Of a DNA stretch of 64,000 nucleotides, positions 19,882 to 30,482 are shown one piece after another (position 1 is the stretch's first letter; the number at the start of each line of letters is the position of its first letter). This DNA comes from Thermoproteota archaeon (GTDB lineage Archaea; Korarchaeota; Korarchaeia; Korarchaeales; Korarchaeaceae), in NCBI GenBank assembly GCA_027492205.1, contig JAOZFN010000007.1:219278-283277 (forward strand), read 5' to 3'. Made by a program: the position numbers and the translations under genes. Below the pieces are notes generated by a model, which was not told the origin of the DNA, did no database searches, and saw only the letters and a list, made by a program, of their open reading frames with translations.

Positions 19882-20988
19882 TTAAGCCTTTGGGACGCGC
19901 CCTGCCAGCCTGCTCAGCCTCTCGAGCACCTTTCTCCTCTCGCCCTCGGGGAGGTCCGAACCCCTGATCAGCTCGGTCAGGAATTCTATGGCACGGTCCA
20001 TCCTCCTCACGTCTACCGGGAAGGGTACGCCGTCCTTCCCGCCGAACGCGAACGAGTACCTGATCGGATCTTTCTTGCTCGGCTCGGCTCCCTCGATAAG
20101 CTCTGCCAGAAGCGCAAGGACCCTGATAGTTGCCGGTCCCACGCCGCGGACCTCGACGAGTTCCTCGTACGTGGAGACGGACCTCTCGTAGGCCCTCCTA
20201 AGGGCGGACCAATCGACTCTCCTCGGCATGACGAGGACGGGAACCCCCCTCTCCTCTCCCAGGTACCTCGAGAGGGGCCCGACCGCGGCCTCCCTAAGCA
20301 TCCTAGAGAGTCTCTCCGGGCCCTCCATCACCAGGTCCACGGAGGCCCTCCTGGCCTCCTCGCTCTCCCTAGCGGTCATGTCGAGCACGGCCGGCTCTCT
20401 CCTCTCGCCGGCGATGCCCGAGTGCGGCTCCACGACGAAGCTGGAGACCCTCTCCCCGAGCCAGTGGTACCTCCTGGCCAGCCTCCTCTTCGGGTTCATC
20501 CCCTGCTGGATGACCGCCCACGACCCCTCCTCCGAGACCACGAGGGCGTGGTGGTAGATCCGGTAACCGTCCTGCAGGACGCCGTTGTCCACCTTTGCCG
20601 ACATCCTGCTGGCCCTCCCCAGGCTCTGAACGGTCGAGTCCGGGAGGTCAAGCCTCTCCGCCACCCTTCGAACCTCCTCGGGAACCCTCATGGAGGCCCT
20701 CCCCTTCCCGCCCAGCACCAGAACCCCGAGCTCACGCTCCTCAAGCGCCTCCCTGAGGGCGGCGGTCGCGACGGTGGTCACGCCGGAGGAGTGCCAGTCG
20801 TAGCCCAGAGCGCACCCGAATGCCTGAAACCACACCGGATCTGAGAGCCTCCTCAGGAGTTCGAGCCTGCCGTACTCGCGCACGATCGCCTCTGAGACCA
20901 ATCCAGCCAGCCTCTTCATCCTCATGAAGAGCCAGCGAGGAGCCCTCCCAACGTGGAGTGGGAGTACCGCCTCTCCCGTCCTCCTCAA
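19882..20988 (-). CDS. DUF763 family protein
   Basis: [49 protein letters not shown]. Confidence 0.9.
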   Translation of the reverse strand: MRRTGEAVLPLHVGRAPRWLFMRMKRLAGLVSEAIVREYGRLELLRRLSDPVWFQAFGCALGYDWHSSGVTTVATAALREALEERELGVLVLGGKGRASMRVPEEVRRVAERLDLPDSTVQSLGRASRMSAKVDNGVLQDGYRIYHHALVVSEEGSWAVIQQGMNPKRRLARRYHWLGERVSSFVVEPHSGIAGERREPAVLDMTARESEEARRASVDLVMEGPERLSRMLREAAVGPLSRYLGEERGVPVLVMPRRVDWSALRRAYERSVSTYEELVEVRGVGPATIRVLALLAELIEGAEPSKKDPIRYSFAFGGKDGVPFPVDVRRMDRAIEFLTELIRGSDLPEGERRKVLERLSRLAGRVPKA

Positions 20989-21029
20989 GCTACGCGATCA
21001 GACCCTCTGAGGAGCCTTAACCCCTTCGG

Positions 21030-22040
21030 TCAGGGGGCGGGCCTCAAGACGTACACGTTGTCCCTGTCCCTGAGCACGACGGCCCTGACCTCCGATCCCG
21101 TAGGATAGGCCTCCGCGTTGACCAGAGTCACCGCCCTCCCCCTCGCGACTCCGAGGGCCTCCCCCCTCCTCCAGCCGGGCCCGACGACCCTCACGGTCAC
21201 CTTCTCGCCGACCCTCATGGTCTTCGGCAGGCTCCTGGAGGGCCTGATGTTGAAGTCCTCACGCGTCAGCACCAGCCTCACACCGTACTCCTCCTCCCAC
21301 CTCCTCAGGGCGGCGTAGAACCTTGACCAGGGCATGGGCCTTACGCCCCTCGGCCGCCTGCCGTGCCTGTGGGCCTCGTACTTCTGTATCCCCAGCGGGG
21401 GCCACCTCTTCCCGGCACCGATGTCCAGGGCGAACTCTATGATCTCTGGAATGTCCTCGTCGTTGAGACCGGGCACCCACACTGGAGCTATCAGCAGGTC
21501 CACCTCGCTCTCGGCGAGCCTCCTGGCGAACTCCTTCACCCTCTCCACATCGTATGCGGGGGTGCCCGAGAGAGCTCGGGCCTTCTCCGGGTTCAGGCTG
21601 TCTATGCTTAGGTTGACCCTGTCGAGGCCTGATTCCTCGAGCCTCGGAACGTCTTCCGGCCCCAGGAGGGCCCCGTGGGTCTGGACCGAGACCACCGAGA
21701 CCTGGGGGTGCTCCTTGAGCCTCCGGAACAGCTCCGTGACCTTTGGGTAGACGAACGGATCGCCAACGGTGTCCACGTGGGCCTCCAGGTCGCTAACGCC
21801 CTTGTAGACGGCCACCTCGTCAAACCACTGGAGCAGGTAATCCATGTCCACGAGATACTCCGCCAGTCTGGTCCTGCTGCGGGGCCCGGCGTCGGTGGAG
21901 CAGAAGACGCACGAGAGGACGCAGGCGCTGGAGGGCCTCACCTGAATCAGGGTCGTCCCCCTGTCTATCAGGCCGAGGGCCACTGTCCCGATCAGGGGGA
22001 CCGCCGCGTCCTGCGGAATCCTGACCAGCGCCCGGGGCAC
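21030..22040 (-). CDS. Archaeal radical SAM protein with C-terminal TRAM domain
   Basis: PLIG...GLIDRGT.LIQVRP..CVLSCVFCSTDAG; EAHVD..G.P; LGIQKY; start set at GTG 22040. Confidence 0.88.
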   Translation of the reverse strand: MPRALVRIPQDAAVPLIGTVALGLIDRGTTLIQVRPSSACVLSCVFCSTDAGPRSRTRLAEYLVDMDYLLQWFDEVAVYKGVSDLEAHVDTVGDPFVYPKVTELFRRLKEHPQVSVVSVQTHGALLGPEDVPRLEESGLDRVNLSIDSLNPEKARALSGTPAYDVERVKEFARRLAESEVDLLIAPVWVPGLNDEDIPEIIEFALDIGAGKRWPPLGIQKYEAHRHGRRPRGVRPMPWSRFYAALRRWEEEYGVRLVLTREDFNIRPSRSLPKTMRVGEKVTVRVVGPGWRRGEALGVARGRAVTLVNAEAYPTGSEVRAVVLRDRDNVYVLRPAP

Positions 22041-22093
22041 CTGGTCGGAGGGCGGCGAGGAGAATATATCGGCTCTCCGGCGCGGCACACCCG

Positions 22094-22762
22094 ATGGTCG
22101 GCACCCTCCGGATACTGGCGGCGGTGGACATACACGGGAGGCCACAGGCGATACTCTCGGCCCTGGCCGAGGAGAGCCCCGACCTCGTCCTGCTGTCCGG
22201 CGACCTGACGAATGCCGGGGACCTTCAGGACATCGAGGAGGTCCTCGAGTACTTCGAGGGGTTCCCCACCCTGTTCGTGCCGGGAAACATGGATCCCCCC
22301 GAGCTCCTCAGCGTGGAGAGAATTGGCTCGGCGGAGAACGTCCATGGAAAGGCCGTGAGCGTTCACGGGATCTCGATCGGGGGCGTCGGTGGGGCGAACC
22401 CAGGACCCTTCTCCACGCCGATAGAGCTGGGCGAGGATCAGATCTGGGGCCTGCTCCGGGGCCTGGGGAGGGTAGACATCCTGCTGTCCCACGCGCCGCC
22501 CCACGGCACGACCCTCGACATCCCACGCGCCGGCGGCCACGCGGGGTCCAAGTCAGTCCGAAGGTACATAGAGGAGTTCCAGCCCCTCCTGTGCGTCTGC
22601 GGGCACATACACGAGTCTGCGGGCATGGAGAGGCTGGGGAGGACGCTTGCGGTGAACCCCGGACCGGCGAGTAGGGGGATGTACTGCTCGGTCAGGCTGA
22701 GGGAGGGCGAGATCGCAGAGGTCAAGGTGTCGAGGGCCGGGAGACCCGGGTTCACCTTCTGA
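22094..22762 (+). CDS. Metallophosphoesterase (calcineurin-like)
   Basis: DIHG, GDLT, PGNMD, SHAPP, GHIHE. Confidence 0.92.
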   Translation: MVGTLRILAAVDIHGRPQAILSALAEESPDLVLLSGDLTNAGDLQDIEEVLEYFEGFPTLFVPGNMDPPELLSVERIGSAENVHGKAVSVHGISIGGVGGANPGPFSTPIELGEDQIWGLLRGLGRVDILLSHAPPHGTTLDIPRAGGHAGSKSVRRYIEEFQPLLCVCGHIHESAGMERLGRTLAVNPGPASRGMYCSVRLREGEIAEVKVSRAGRPGFTF

Positions 22763-22777
22763 GCGGGTGATTAGGGA

Positions 22778-23482
22778 ATGAGTCGCGCCGTCCTTGTGGA
22801 CATGTGGGGGACCATAATCGAGCCCGCGAGGCCCCGCAGAGACTTCAGGGTGGCTCGCGTCAGGGGCCTCCTGCTGGCCTCGGGCGTGGAGCCCACGTCT
22901 GAGGTCCTGGAGAGGGCGGTCGCCGAGTACGAGCGGCACTGGGACGCGCTTTGGGTAGAGCGAACAACGAGGCTGGTGGAGATCCCGGCCGAGGAGGACA
23001 TCCGCGCATTCCTCAGGACCGTCGGGGTCGACTCCGAGGTCACCGAGGCCCACCTGAGGGCCTACTCGGCGCCGTACCTGGAGTTCACGAGAATCAGGAG
23101 GGGAGTCGAGCGGGCCCTCAGGGAGCTGAGCGGGAGGTACGGGCTGGCCGTGGTCTCGAACGTGACCTACGGGCCGATGGTGGTCGAGAAGCTCGGGATG
23201 CACGGGCTCCTAGACTACTTCGACGAGGTGGTTACCTCCTACGACGTGGGCCTCAGGAAGCCGCACCCTGAGATATTCGGCCGCGCCTTGGAGTCCCTAG
23301 GCGCAGAGCCCTCGGAGGCCGTCATGGTCGGAGACGAGCTGGTCGACGACGTGATCGGGGCCAGGTCCGCGGGGGTGAGGGCCATACTGCTTGGGCCCCC
23401 AGGCTCGGATCACGGGGCCGCCGACGCGGTGATCCGAGAGTTCGGGGAGGTTCCCAGAGCCGTCCAGTCGGTGCTAGGCTAG
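22778..23482 (+). CDS. HAD family hydrolase
   Basis: DMWGT, VSN, RKPHPEIF, VGDELVDDV.GA. Confidence 0.9.
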   Translation: MSRAVLVDMWGTIIEPARPRRDFRVARVRGLLLASGVEPTSEVLERAVAEYERHWDALWVERTTRLVEIPAEEDIRAFLRTVGVDSEVTEAHLRAYSAPYLEFTRIRRGVERALRELSGRYGLAVVSNVTYGPMVVEKLGMHGLLDYFDEVVTSYDVGLRKPHPEIFGRALESLGAEPSEAVMVGDELVDDVIGARSAGVRAILLGPPGSDHGAADAVIREFGEVPRAVQSVLG

Positions 23483-23509
23483 CCGCGCGTGGCTCGAGGG
23501 CCGCGAGGG

Positions 23510-24412
23510 TCACAGGAAGGCGGCCAGGATCGACAGAGTGAGGGCGGACCCGAGGGTCGACAGGACTATGGCCGACGCGACCGCCTCCACGTCCAGCCCG
23601 AACTTGTCGGCCACCACGAAGTTGGTGACGGCCAGCGGGGCGGCCGACAGGAGCAGGGTGCATCCCAGCTGAACTCCGCCCAAACCGAGGGCCCTCGCAG
23701 TCGCGTATGCGATGGCGGGAAGCGCGAGGAGTTTGTAGGCCGAGACTACCACCGGTCTGGAGAGTTCCTCTCCGATGCCCCGCGCCTGGAGGAAGGCCCC
23801 CAGGGCGAACAGGGCGGTGGGCGAGGCCGATCGACCCAGCGCCTGCAGGGGGTAGAGGACCAGCTCCGGCAAGCGCACGTTGAGCGTCGAGAGCGCGAGC
23901 CCCACGGCGGCCGCCCAGAACAGCGGAACTCTGGCCACCCTCGCCGCGGCGTCCCGCGCGTTCGCCTCCCCCGACGATGCTACCTGGGCCAGCGAGAGGC
24001 CCACCGAGAGCATGACGGCCAGGTGTGTGGAGGCTATCCCGGCGGCCAGGAACAGGCCCTCCTCTCCGAAGGCCCTCTCGGCCAGCGGGAATCCCATGTA
24101 CACGACGTTTCCGAAGCTTCCAGAGAAGACCAGCGTGGCGGCCAGGGAGCCGTCTAGCCTGAGGGCCTTCGCGGCCAGTAGGGCCAGGATCATCGAGACC
24201 ACAAGGTAGACCGCGTTCACGGCTATCATAGCCCCCAGACCTGAGAGGGGTCTAGTCGCCAGGCTAGCGAGCATGAGGGCCGGAAACGCCACGTAGTAGG
24301 CGTAGTCGTTCAGGGCAGAGACCCACGCGTCTCCGGCGAGTCCGATCCTTGAGAGTACCCAGCCGACGGCTATGAGGGAGAACACCGGCACTACCAGCTC
24401 AATTGGGCTCAT
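23510..24412 (-). CDS. AEC (auxin efflux carrier) family transporter
   Basis: YVAFPAL, FGNVVYMGFPL, P.ALFALG, AP.AV; about 10 TM segments. Confidence 0.9.
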   Translation of the reverse strand: MSPIELVVPVFSLIAVGWVLSRIGLAGDAWVSALNDYAYYVAFPALMLASLATRPLSGLGAMIAVNAVYLVVSMILALLAAKALRLDGSLAATLVFSGSFGNVVYMGFPLAERAFGEEGLFLAAGIASTHLAVMLSVGLSLAQVASSGEANARDAAARVARVPLFWAAAVGLALSTLNVRLPELVLYPLQALGRSASPTALFALGAFLQARGIGEELSRPVVVSAYKLLALPAIAYATARALGLGGVQLGCTLLLSAAPLAVTNFVVADKFGLDVEAVASAIVLSTLGSALTLSILAAFL

Positions 24413-24583
24413 GGGAGGGCTCCGGATCCGCTAGCCCGGCACAGTTTTATTTTGAGGGGACTCGGGTGGGAATTTAGAGACGGCCAGACTGGGGCCAGTC
24501 TGAGCATCCGCCGGCTCGGGGGCCTGGGTAACACCGTTAATCCGCCGCGCCTCTTTTATATTAACAAACTGAATAATTGCTCA

Positions 24584-24892
24584 ATGTCAACCATAACGGT
24601 GCCGGACGAGCTGAGGAGGCGCGTCAAGAGGCTCGCCTCCCTTCTGGACGTACCGCAGCACAAAGTCTTGGAGATGCTCCTAGACCTCTTTGAGCGGGAC
24701 CTGATTGAAGAGCACGCCCCCGAGGTGAGCCCTGAGATCAGAGGGGAGCTGGAGAGGGCCAGGAACCTTGTAGAGTCTGAAGACCCAGCCTGGGCGGAGA
24801 GGTCGCGTAGGCTTGAGCAGGCCGCGGCCAGCGGGCTGACCCCGGCCCTCTTCAGGGGGAGGTGGGGGGTTGAGCTCGAGAGTAATGCTTGA
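24584..24892 (+). CDS. Putative VapB-type antitoxin (N-terminal ribbon-helix-helix)
   Basis: MSTITVPDELRRRVKRLA; TTTTATA box upstream; overlaps the PIN gene. Confidence 0.7.
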   Translation: MSTITVPDELRRRVKRLASLLDVPQHKVLEMLLDLFERDLIEEHAPEVSPEIRGELERARNLVESEDPAWAERSRRLEQAAASGLTPALFRGRWGVELESNA

Positions 24893-25283
24893 CAGCACCG
24901 CCTTCAGGGAGAGGTCCTTCCTAGCGTGGCTCAGGTTGAACTCTGAGCGAATCAGCGTCTACGTCAGCCCCCTGGTCTACGCTGAGACGGCCCTCTGGTA
25001 CATCTACTCGGGGCTGAGCGCCGAGGATCTGGAGGAGGACCTCAAGGCGCTGAGGGCCGAGGTCCCGTCGATATCGAGGGAGGCGGCCAGGATGGCGGCG
25101 GAGGCGGCCTACGACAACAGGAGGAGGCTGCCCTTCAGGCACCACGCCAGGGACTACATCGTCGGGGCGCAGGCCGTCCTCCTCAAGGCTGACATAATCA
25201 CGCACAACAGGGGGCACTTTGGTTGGGTAAAGGGAGTTAGAGTGTTGACACCCTGGGAGTTTGTAGACATTTTCGTGAGCTGA
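24870..25283 (+). CDS. vapC: VapC-type PIN domain toxin
   Basis: VMLDST, SPLVYAE, RDYIVGAQA, IITHN.GHF. Confidence 0.85.
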   Translation: MSSRVMLDSTAFRERSFLAWLRLNSERISVYVSPLVYAETALWYIYSGLSAEDLEEDLKALRAEVPSISREAARMAAEAAYDNRRRLPFRHHARDYIVGAQAVLLKADIITHNRGHFGWVKGVRVLTPWEFVDIFVS

Positions 25284-25741
25284 GAGCCGCTGTTTGAAGT
25301 GACGCGCGTCGTGGGAGGTTCTGTCAGGTCAGGAGGGCGGTGTTCCAGTTCACAGAGGAGATCGTGAACAGGAGTCCAGAGCCCTACGCTGGCGGCCCCT
25401 GAGCGTTCGCACCTCAGGACCAAATACGGGCGTTTTGGGAGGAGTCAGGGACCCTTCCCACATGACGGTCTGAGGCCACTCTCTGGTTAAGCTACCCTTG
25501 GAATCAAGTGTAGATTTGCGAGAGAGCGGTGTTGATCCAGCTCCCGGCCGCTCGAGCGCAAGAAGGATGCCTCTTGCACTTTGAGAGGTTGGTAATGTGA
25601 ATCGTGCGCGTCAGCTCAACCGGGCTCATGGGGGGCTCCGGGTCCACCGGCTCGACTCATCCTCATGCAGGATGGTCTCCGATGATAGCCTCGAGCAGGC
25701 CGAGTTGAGTTGAGCGAGTGTTGGATTTCCAGACCCGAAGC

Positions 25742-26518
25742 TCACACCCTTCTGAGAACTGCGATCACTCTTCCCCTCTCCGGTGGCGAGTTCACCTCGT
25801 CCTCGGGATCAAAGGACAGGTACCACGCGACCGGTTCCAGCCCAAACCTCCCTGGCAACTCTGACAGATCGGCTGGGGACATCCTCCGAGACGGCGACTC
25901 GTCGAGGAGTTCGAACGACTTCCCTCGCTCTCTGACGACCAGCCTAAGCCTGTCCAGCACGCGCCCTCTTGGGAGCAGGTTCACGACCTCCCACTCTGCC
26001 CTCACAGTGATCCCGTCTCTCTCCTCTTCCCACTCCTCCCGGTCTCCGGGCGACGGGTTCAGGGCCGCGTCTATCACGTAGACTCCCCCTGCTCTCAGCG
26101 CCTTGGAAACGCAAGAGTAGTGCAACTCTAGCTTCTCGTCTGTGAGCAATGCGGATACCGTGTTGATGGCCGAGTATGCCGCGTCGAATCCTGATATGTG
26201 GAAGTCGGTCATATCTGCTCTGAGAACCACAACTGGTACCCCAAGGCGCCGGGCCTTCCTCGCGCAGAATTTCGCCATCTCGGGGCTTATATCGAGTCCA
26301 ACGCAGTAGAAACCCCTCTTGGCCAGCTCGATTAATATCCTCCCAGTGCCGCATCCCAGCTCCAACACTCTCCGCACGCTTCCTGCGTGTCTCTTGAATA
26401 CCTCACAGTAAAAGTCGGCTTCTCGAGTCGGATCACACCCGAAGGCTATGTCATAGTAGAGCGGGTGACTGTACACTCCACTCAAGCTCTGCGGTAGTTC
26501 TTTAGATACTCGCGCCAC
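25742..26518 (-). CDS. Class I SAM-dependent methyltransferase (copy 1)
   Basis: YSHPLYYDIAFG, VLELGCGTGR, GLDISPEM, RADMTDF, GGVYVID. Confidence 0.9.
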   Translation of the reverse strand: MARVSKELPQSLSGVYSHPLYYDIAFGCDPTREADFYCEVFKRHAGSVRRVLELGCGTGRILIELAKRGFYCVGLDISPEMAKFCARKARRLGVPVVVLRADMTDFHISGFDAAYSAINTVSALLTDEKLELHYSCVSKALRAGGVYVIDAALNPSPGDREEWEEERDGITVRAEWEVVNLLPRGRVLDRLRLVVRERGKSFELLDESPSRRMSPADLSELPGRFGLEPVAWYLSFDPEDEVNSPPERGRVIAVLRRV

Positions 26519-27005
26519 CCCCGTGGTACCTCGAACGTCGATCTGACCAAAGTCTAAAGAGAACTAGGAGAAGAGCTGACATAGCCAAGGATACGACTGG
26601 CCTCTCTAGGGAGGAATGTGGGAGACCCGGCTGAACCTCAACTTCTAGGGAGTACGCCTCGTCGCGATCAGAGGAACTTTTCAGGGCAATGACGTAGCCT
26701 CCTCTCCTTTCAGGGGAAAAACTCAAGATAGTCGGGCCAGCCACAGAGCATGATTTAAGTTCATTACCATTTAAATCGAGGACTGCGAGTGTTCCCGTCA
26801 GCGTGGACTCTGCAAATAGTCTGATTCGCACCTGCCTCTCGACGGGGAGGTATATCAGCGAGTACTCCACGCCGTTAGGCCACACCCTAAAGCTTCCCCG
26901 CTCCATCGGGTAAAAAGGCTGAATTGACGACGCCAAGAGCGCTATAAGCCACGCCGCAGACGCTACCGCCCAAATCGTGATAGCTCTACGCGCGAGAGGC
27001 TCCAC
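26502..27005 (-). CDS. Hypothetical membrane protein (terminal TM segments flanking a beta-rich domain)
   Basis: 167-aa ORF tightly packed between permease and methyltransferase. Confidence 0.65.
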   Translation of the reverse strand: MEPLARRAITIWAVASAAWLIALLASSIQPFYPMERGSFRVWPNGVEYSLIYLPVERQVRIRLFAESTLTGTLAVLDLNGNELKSCSVAGPTILSFSPERRGGYVIALKSSSDRDEAYSLEVEVQPGLPHSSLERPVVSLAMSALLLVLFRLWSDRRSRYHGGGASI

Positions 27006-27006
27006 A

Positions 27007-27819
27007 CTAGGTCACCTCGAGCACTCTGGAGAAGTAGCTGTAGGCTGCAACAATCATAGGGCTCGCTAGGGCCATAGAGAGCGCTAAGGACCGATAGGTC
27101 ATCTGCTCAAATAGGAGAGCTGCTGGAGAATCTGGCTTGACTGTCATAGCCGCGGCAGCTAACGCGGCTCCGGATCCCAGCAGGGAGGTGGTAGGATTTG
27201 ATGCGGCTAACAGGAGAGAGATAGTCCGAATCGCGTGATCTAGGAGCATTGTTGAGACTATTGTCACGATGGAGTTCCTTGAGACCACAGCCACTAGGGT
27301 CGCTATGGCCGTGGGAACTGCTAAGGAGGCCAAAAACCCGGCGACGAGCAGGGGAAAGTTCCTCAGGATAAAGGCGGTGGAGGAAGGCGCGTAAGATGGG
27401 CAGGACGCCAGCAGCGAGAAGAGCACTGAGATCAAGTGAGCCAGCACCAAAAGTGCTGACATGGCTAAGAACTTCACCCCAAATAGACATCCCCTGCTCA
27501 AGGGCAGGGAGAGCGAGTATCTGAGGTACCCTCCCTCACACTCTCGGGCGAAGACTATGGCGGCAGCGGATGAAACTAGCGTTGCATTGAGGATTCCCCA
27601 GGTCAGCGATCCGTAGAGGGCGGCACACGCGCAAGCCCGGACTAGCGATGACTCGAAGATCTCCCTCAGGAAGACCTGTGAAGATAGTCCAATGCGTATC
27701 CCTCCTGTCATGGCATGCCAACAAGATGCAAGAGTTAGTATCGCGACGTAAGCCTCAAGTATCGGAAACCTGAGGAGACCTCTCAATTCCCACATCAGCT
27801 GACTGAGAGAGCCCTTCAT
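27007..27819 (-). CDS. ABC-2 type transporter permease
   Basis: ARECEGGYLRYSLSLPLSR..LFGVKF signature; about 6 TM segments. Confidence 0.85.
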   Translation of the reverse strand: MKGSLSQLMWELRGLLRFPILEAYVAILTLASCWHAMTGGIRIGLSSQVFLREIFESSLVRACACAALYGSLTWGILNATLVSSAAAIVFARECEGGYLRYSLSLPLSRGCLFGVKFLAMSALLVLAHLISVLFSLLASCPSYAPSSTAFILRNFPLLVAGFLASLAVPTAIATLVAVVSRNSIVTIVSTMLLDHAIRTISLLLAASNPTTSLLGSGAALAAAAMTVKPDSPAALLFEQMTYRSLALSMALASPMIVAAYSYFSRVLEVT

Positions 27820-28733
27820 GATTTATCCCCCTTCACTACTACTTCAAAAAGCTCATCCAGCGACAATTCTCTCAGCTCAACCCCCGCTGGGACTTCTCCT
27901 CTCTCGGCCCGTGCGCATAGCCAAGACAGAAGTTCCACAATCTCGCTTGAGATCACTCCGTACCTCCCGGGCCTCGAGACTGCAAGCCTAGCTGAGAAAC
28001 CAACTTCAAGCTCCTGGCGGGCAGATTCGCTTACCAAAAGCACCCACCTGCCCAAGCTCTCCTTCAACTCGTCGAACCTACCGCTGAGTATTAGTCGCCC
28101 CTCTCTAAGGAAGAGGATTTCTGTAATAATGGGCTCTAACCCGCTCAGTGCGTGAGTCGATATTATGAAGTTAACCCCCGAACTCCTGTGAAGCCTGGAA
28201 ATCAGTCTCAAGACACGTGAGCGACCAATTGGATCGAGATTAGAGGTTGGTTCATCCATCAAAACAAGTTCGGGGTCTCCGATGAGCGCGAGAGCTATCT
28301 CGAGCCTCTGCTTCATTCCGGCCGAGTACTCTCCCGTCTTCCTACCTATGTATTCTGAGCATCCGGTCAGTTCAGCGACCCTCTTGACCTCTCCTACTAC
28401 GTCAGAGACTCCCTTCATCTTGGCGGCCCTCTCCAACAGCGACCTTCCAGTAGCCCAAAGCGGGAAGGAAGGATTCTCGTGAACGATTCCAACTCTCCGC
28501 ATTAGCGAGACCCTCTCTCCTTCGTGCGTGGGATCTAACCCCAGTACCCTGACCTCTCCACGATTCGGCCTCAATAGGCCAGCCAGGATTCTGAGGAGCG
28601 TCGTCTTGCCTGCGCCGTTCGGCCCAATTAGGCTGTGAATCCCGCGATCGAGCGCAAAACTCACGGACTTCAAGGCCCTTGTGCGGCCGAAGGACTTCGT
28701 CAGGTTGCTTGCAACTACTAACCTGTCAGCCAA
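27816..28733 (-). CDS. ABC exporter ATP-binding protein
   Basis: GPNGAGKTT, YSAGMKQRL, LMDEPTSNLDP, STH. Confidence 0.95.
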   Translation of the reverse strand: MADRLVVASNLTKSFGRTRALKSVSFALDRGIHSLIGPNGAGKTTLLRILAGLLRPNRGEVRVLGLDPTHEGERVSLMRRVGIVHENPSFPLWATGRSLLERAAKMKGVSDVVGEVKRVAELTGCSEYIGRKTGEYSAGMKQRLEIALALIGDPELVLMDEPTSNLDPIGRSRVLRLISRLHRSSGVNFIISTHALSGLEPIITEILFLREGRLILSGRFDELKESLGRWVLLVSESARQELEVGFSARLAVSRPGRYGVISSEIVELLSWLCARAERGEVPAGVELRELSLDELFEVVVKGDKS

Positions 28734-29751
28734 TCCTCATCGACCGCCCAGCCGCTAAGAGAAGGCATATAGCCGCGATCACCGCGATGGCAGCCAAGGC
28801 GGCCTGGCGGAGTAGCCAGGGGTCAAGGTAAGTGCTCGTTCTCTCCACCTGTGGTTGGGATACAACCTCGATCGCTCTTATCCCGAAAGTCCTTTGCTGC
28901 CCCTCTCCTCCTAGGTTAACGCACAGCAGGAGCACCACGCCAGCTTTCTGAGTTAGGAAGTCGTCCGCATAAGCGGCTGGCGCGCCCAAGAAGGCTCCTG
29001 TCTCCTCATCATACACGGCGTCTAGGGAGGATATGTATGCCCCAGCTACTGGATGCTCGAAGCCTATCTCCGCTGTGGCTTGAATAACTCGCGACGCTGC
29101 GAGGCCAAGCACATCGATGGGCTCGGGAAGAGTCTCCCTGCTCACGTTCCACTCCAAGGTCTCATTTCCAAGCCACCTCACTATGGCGACCTCACGAATT
29201 GAACCGCTAAATGGAACTCTGGCCGGATTTATCCAAAGGAGAAACCTTCCCCACGGCTCTCCCGTAGAATCGACTAGCATATTGGTTGCAGGGTCCAGCA
29301 GCACCTCCTCTTCATGAAAGATCGAGAAGTTTCCCTCCATCCTCACGGTATTTCCGCGTGCCGAGAGGTATTTGAGGGAGCTAATCTTTACCCTCTTGAC
29401 AAAAGAGAGATCCCCGCTCCTGGCCCTCTCGCTGAACTCCCTTCCCTTGTACTCCATTCTAGTTGCATTGACGCTCAGCCAGACCCTCAGCCTCGCAAAC
29501 CGACCCTCGTATCCGAGCAGCTCCCAGCCGTAAGTGCCAAGGACAGATCCACCGAAGGCCGTGCTGACAACGCCCCCGTCATCCAACACTAGCTGGCAGA
29601 ACGACCCTGCTCCCCCAAATGCTACCTTGATCTCCTGTATCGGGAGGGGCTCTTGAGCGAGCGCGTGTGAGGCTGCGAACCCACTTATGATCACCGCTAA
29701 GAGAAAAGGAAGAGGTGGGGTAAAGGGTCTCTTCTTGTTCTCAAGATCCAT
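28726..29751 (-). CDS. Hypothetical secreted protein with C-terminal membrane anchor
   Basis: Signal peptide ending ASHALA|Q; C-terminal hydrophobic helix plus basic tail. Confidence 0.7.
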   Translation of the reverse strand: MDLENKKRPFTPPLPFLLAVIISGFAASHALAQEPLPIQEIKVAFGGAGSFCQLVLDDGGVVSTAFGGSVLGTYGWELLGYEGRFARLRVWLSVNATRMEYKGREFSERARSGDLSFVKRVKISSLKYLSARGNTVRMEGNFSIFHEEEVLLDPATNMLVDSTGEPWGRFLLWINPARVPFSGSIREVAIVRWLGNETLEWNVSRETLPEPIDVLGLAASRVIQATAEIGFEHPVAGAYISSLDAVYDEETGAFLGAPAAYADDFLTQKAGVVLLLCVNLGGEGQQRTFGIRAIEVVSQPQVERTSTYLDPWLLRQAALAAIAVIAAICLLLAAGRSMRIG

Positions 29752-29767
29752 GTCCAGCCCCCGCGCG

Positions 29768-30154
29768 TCAAGGAGAACCTATTTCTGCGTACGCGCACGC
29801 ATCGTTATACCTCACGCTTCCATCAGGCAAGACTGCGTTCGTGCATATTAGCGTGAATCCCCCGTATGGAGAATCCCCTGTCTGATAGATTCCTCTTTGA
29901 GCTGTCACCCAGCTAACTACACTACCATAATCATAGTCGTGGAACCAATTCGAGTAAGTGTTCGTGCGTGGATTGTAGCTAGCCGACACATAGGCCCACG
30001 CCCAAGTGAAGTATCCGACATCGGTGTTCTCGTCCGACACGGGTATAGATAGTGGCTGAAACGACGAGGGTACCGCTAATAGCAGCGATACCGAAGTTAT
30101 GAGAACGGACAGGATGATGCATTTACAGACTTTGCGGATACTCTTTCGCCGCAT
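29768..30154 (-). CDS. Small secreted Tyr/Trp-rich protein
   Basis: Basic N-region and hydrophobic core, then about 95-aa aromatic-rich mature part with two Cys; CTTATATA box about 30 nt upstream. Confidence 0.7.
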   Translation of the reverse strand: MRRKSIRKVCKCIILSVLITSVSLLLAVPSSFQPLSIPVSDENTDVGYFTWAWAYVSASYNPRTNTYSNWFHDYDYGSVVSWVTAQRGIYQTGDSPYGGFTLICTNAVLPDGSVRYNDACAYAEIGSP

Positions 30155-30482
30155 CTCGGAGTCTTAGGCAGAGTTTGTAGTATATAAGGCTTTTTTCGAG
30201 AATTTTCTAGTCTTTATATAGTCTGATTAAATTTCAAATAGCCCAAGATGCTCCGGCCCCGTTCCGATTATTTTGTTCTTACGCACCCAATCCAGGTTCA
30301 CTCTCTTTTTATGTCCAGTAGCCAAGACGCGCGCGAGTGTTCTGACCCCTGGGAACTCGTCGAAGCCCTCCTGGGGCCTTCAGAATCCAGCCCGCCTGGC
30401 GATTGAACTCCGACACCGCGGAGGGAGAGTTTACCTTGGGGTGGGCCCAACTCGAACTATGACGTCCGCCTAAGGGAACCAC

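Noticed and set aside
25284-25741. Non-coding gaps here and at 12742-12981, 32477-32775 and 34784-35062 as small genes or RNAs
   Set aside because: Only short or motif-less frames; possibly gene remnants, but nothing I can support
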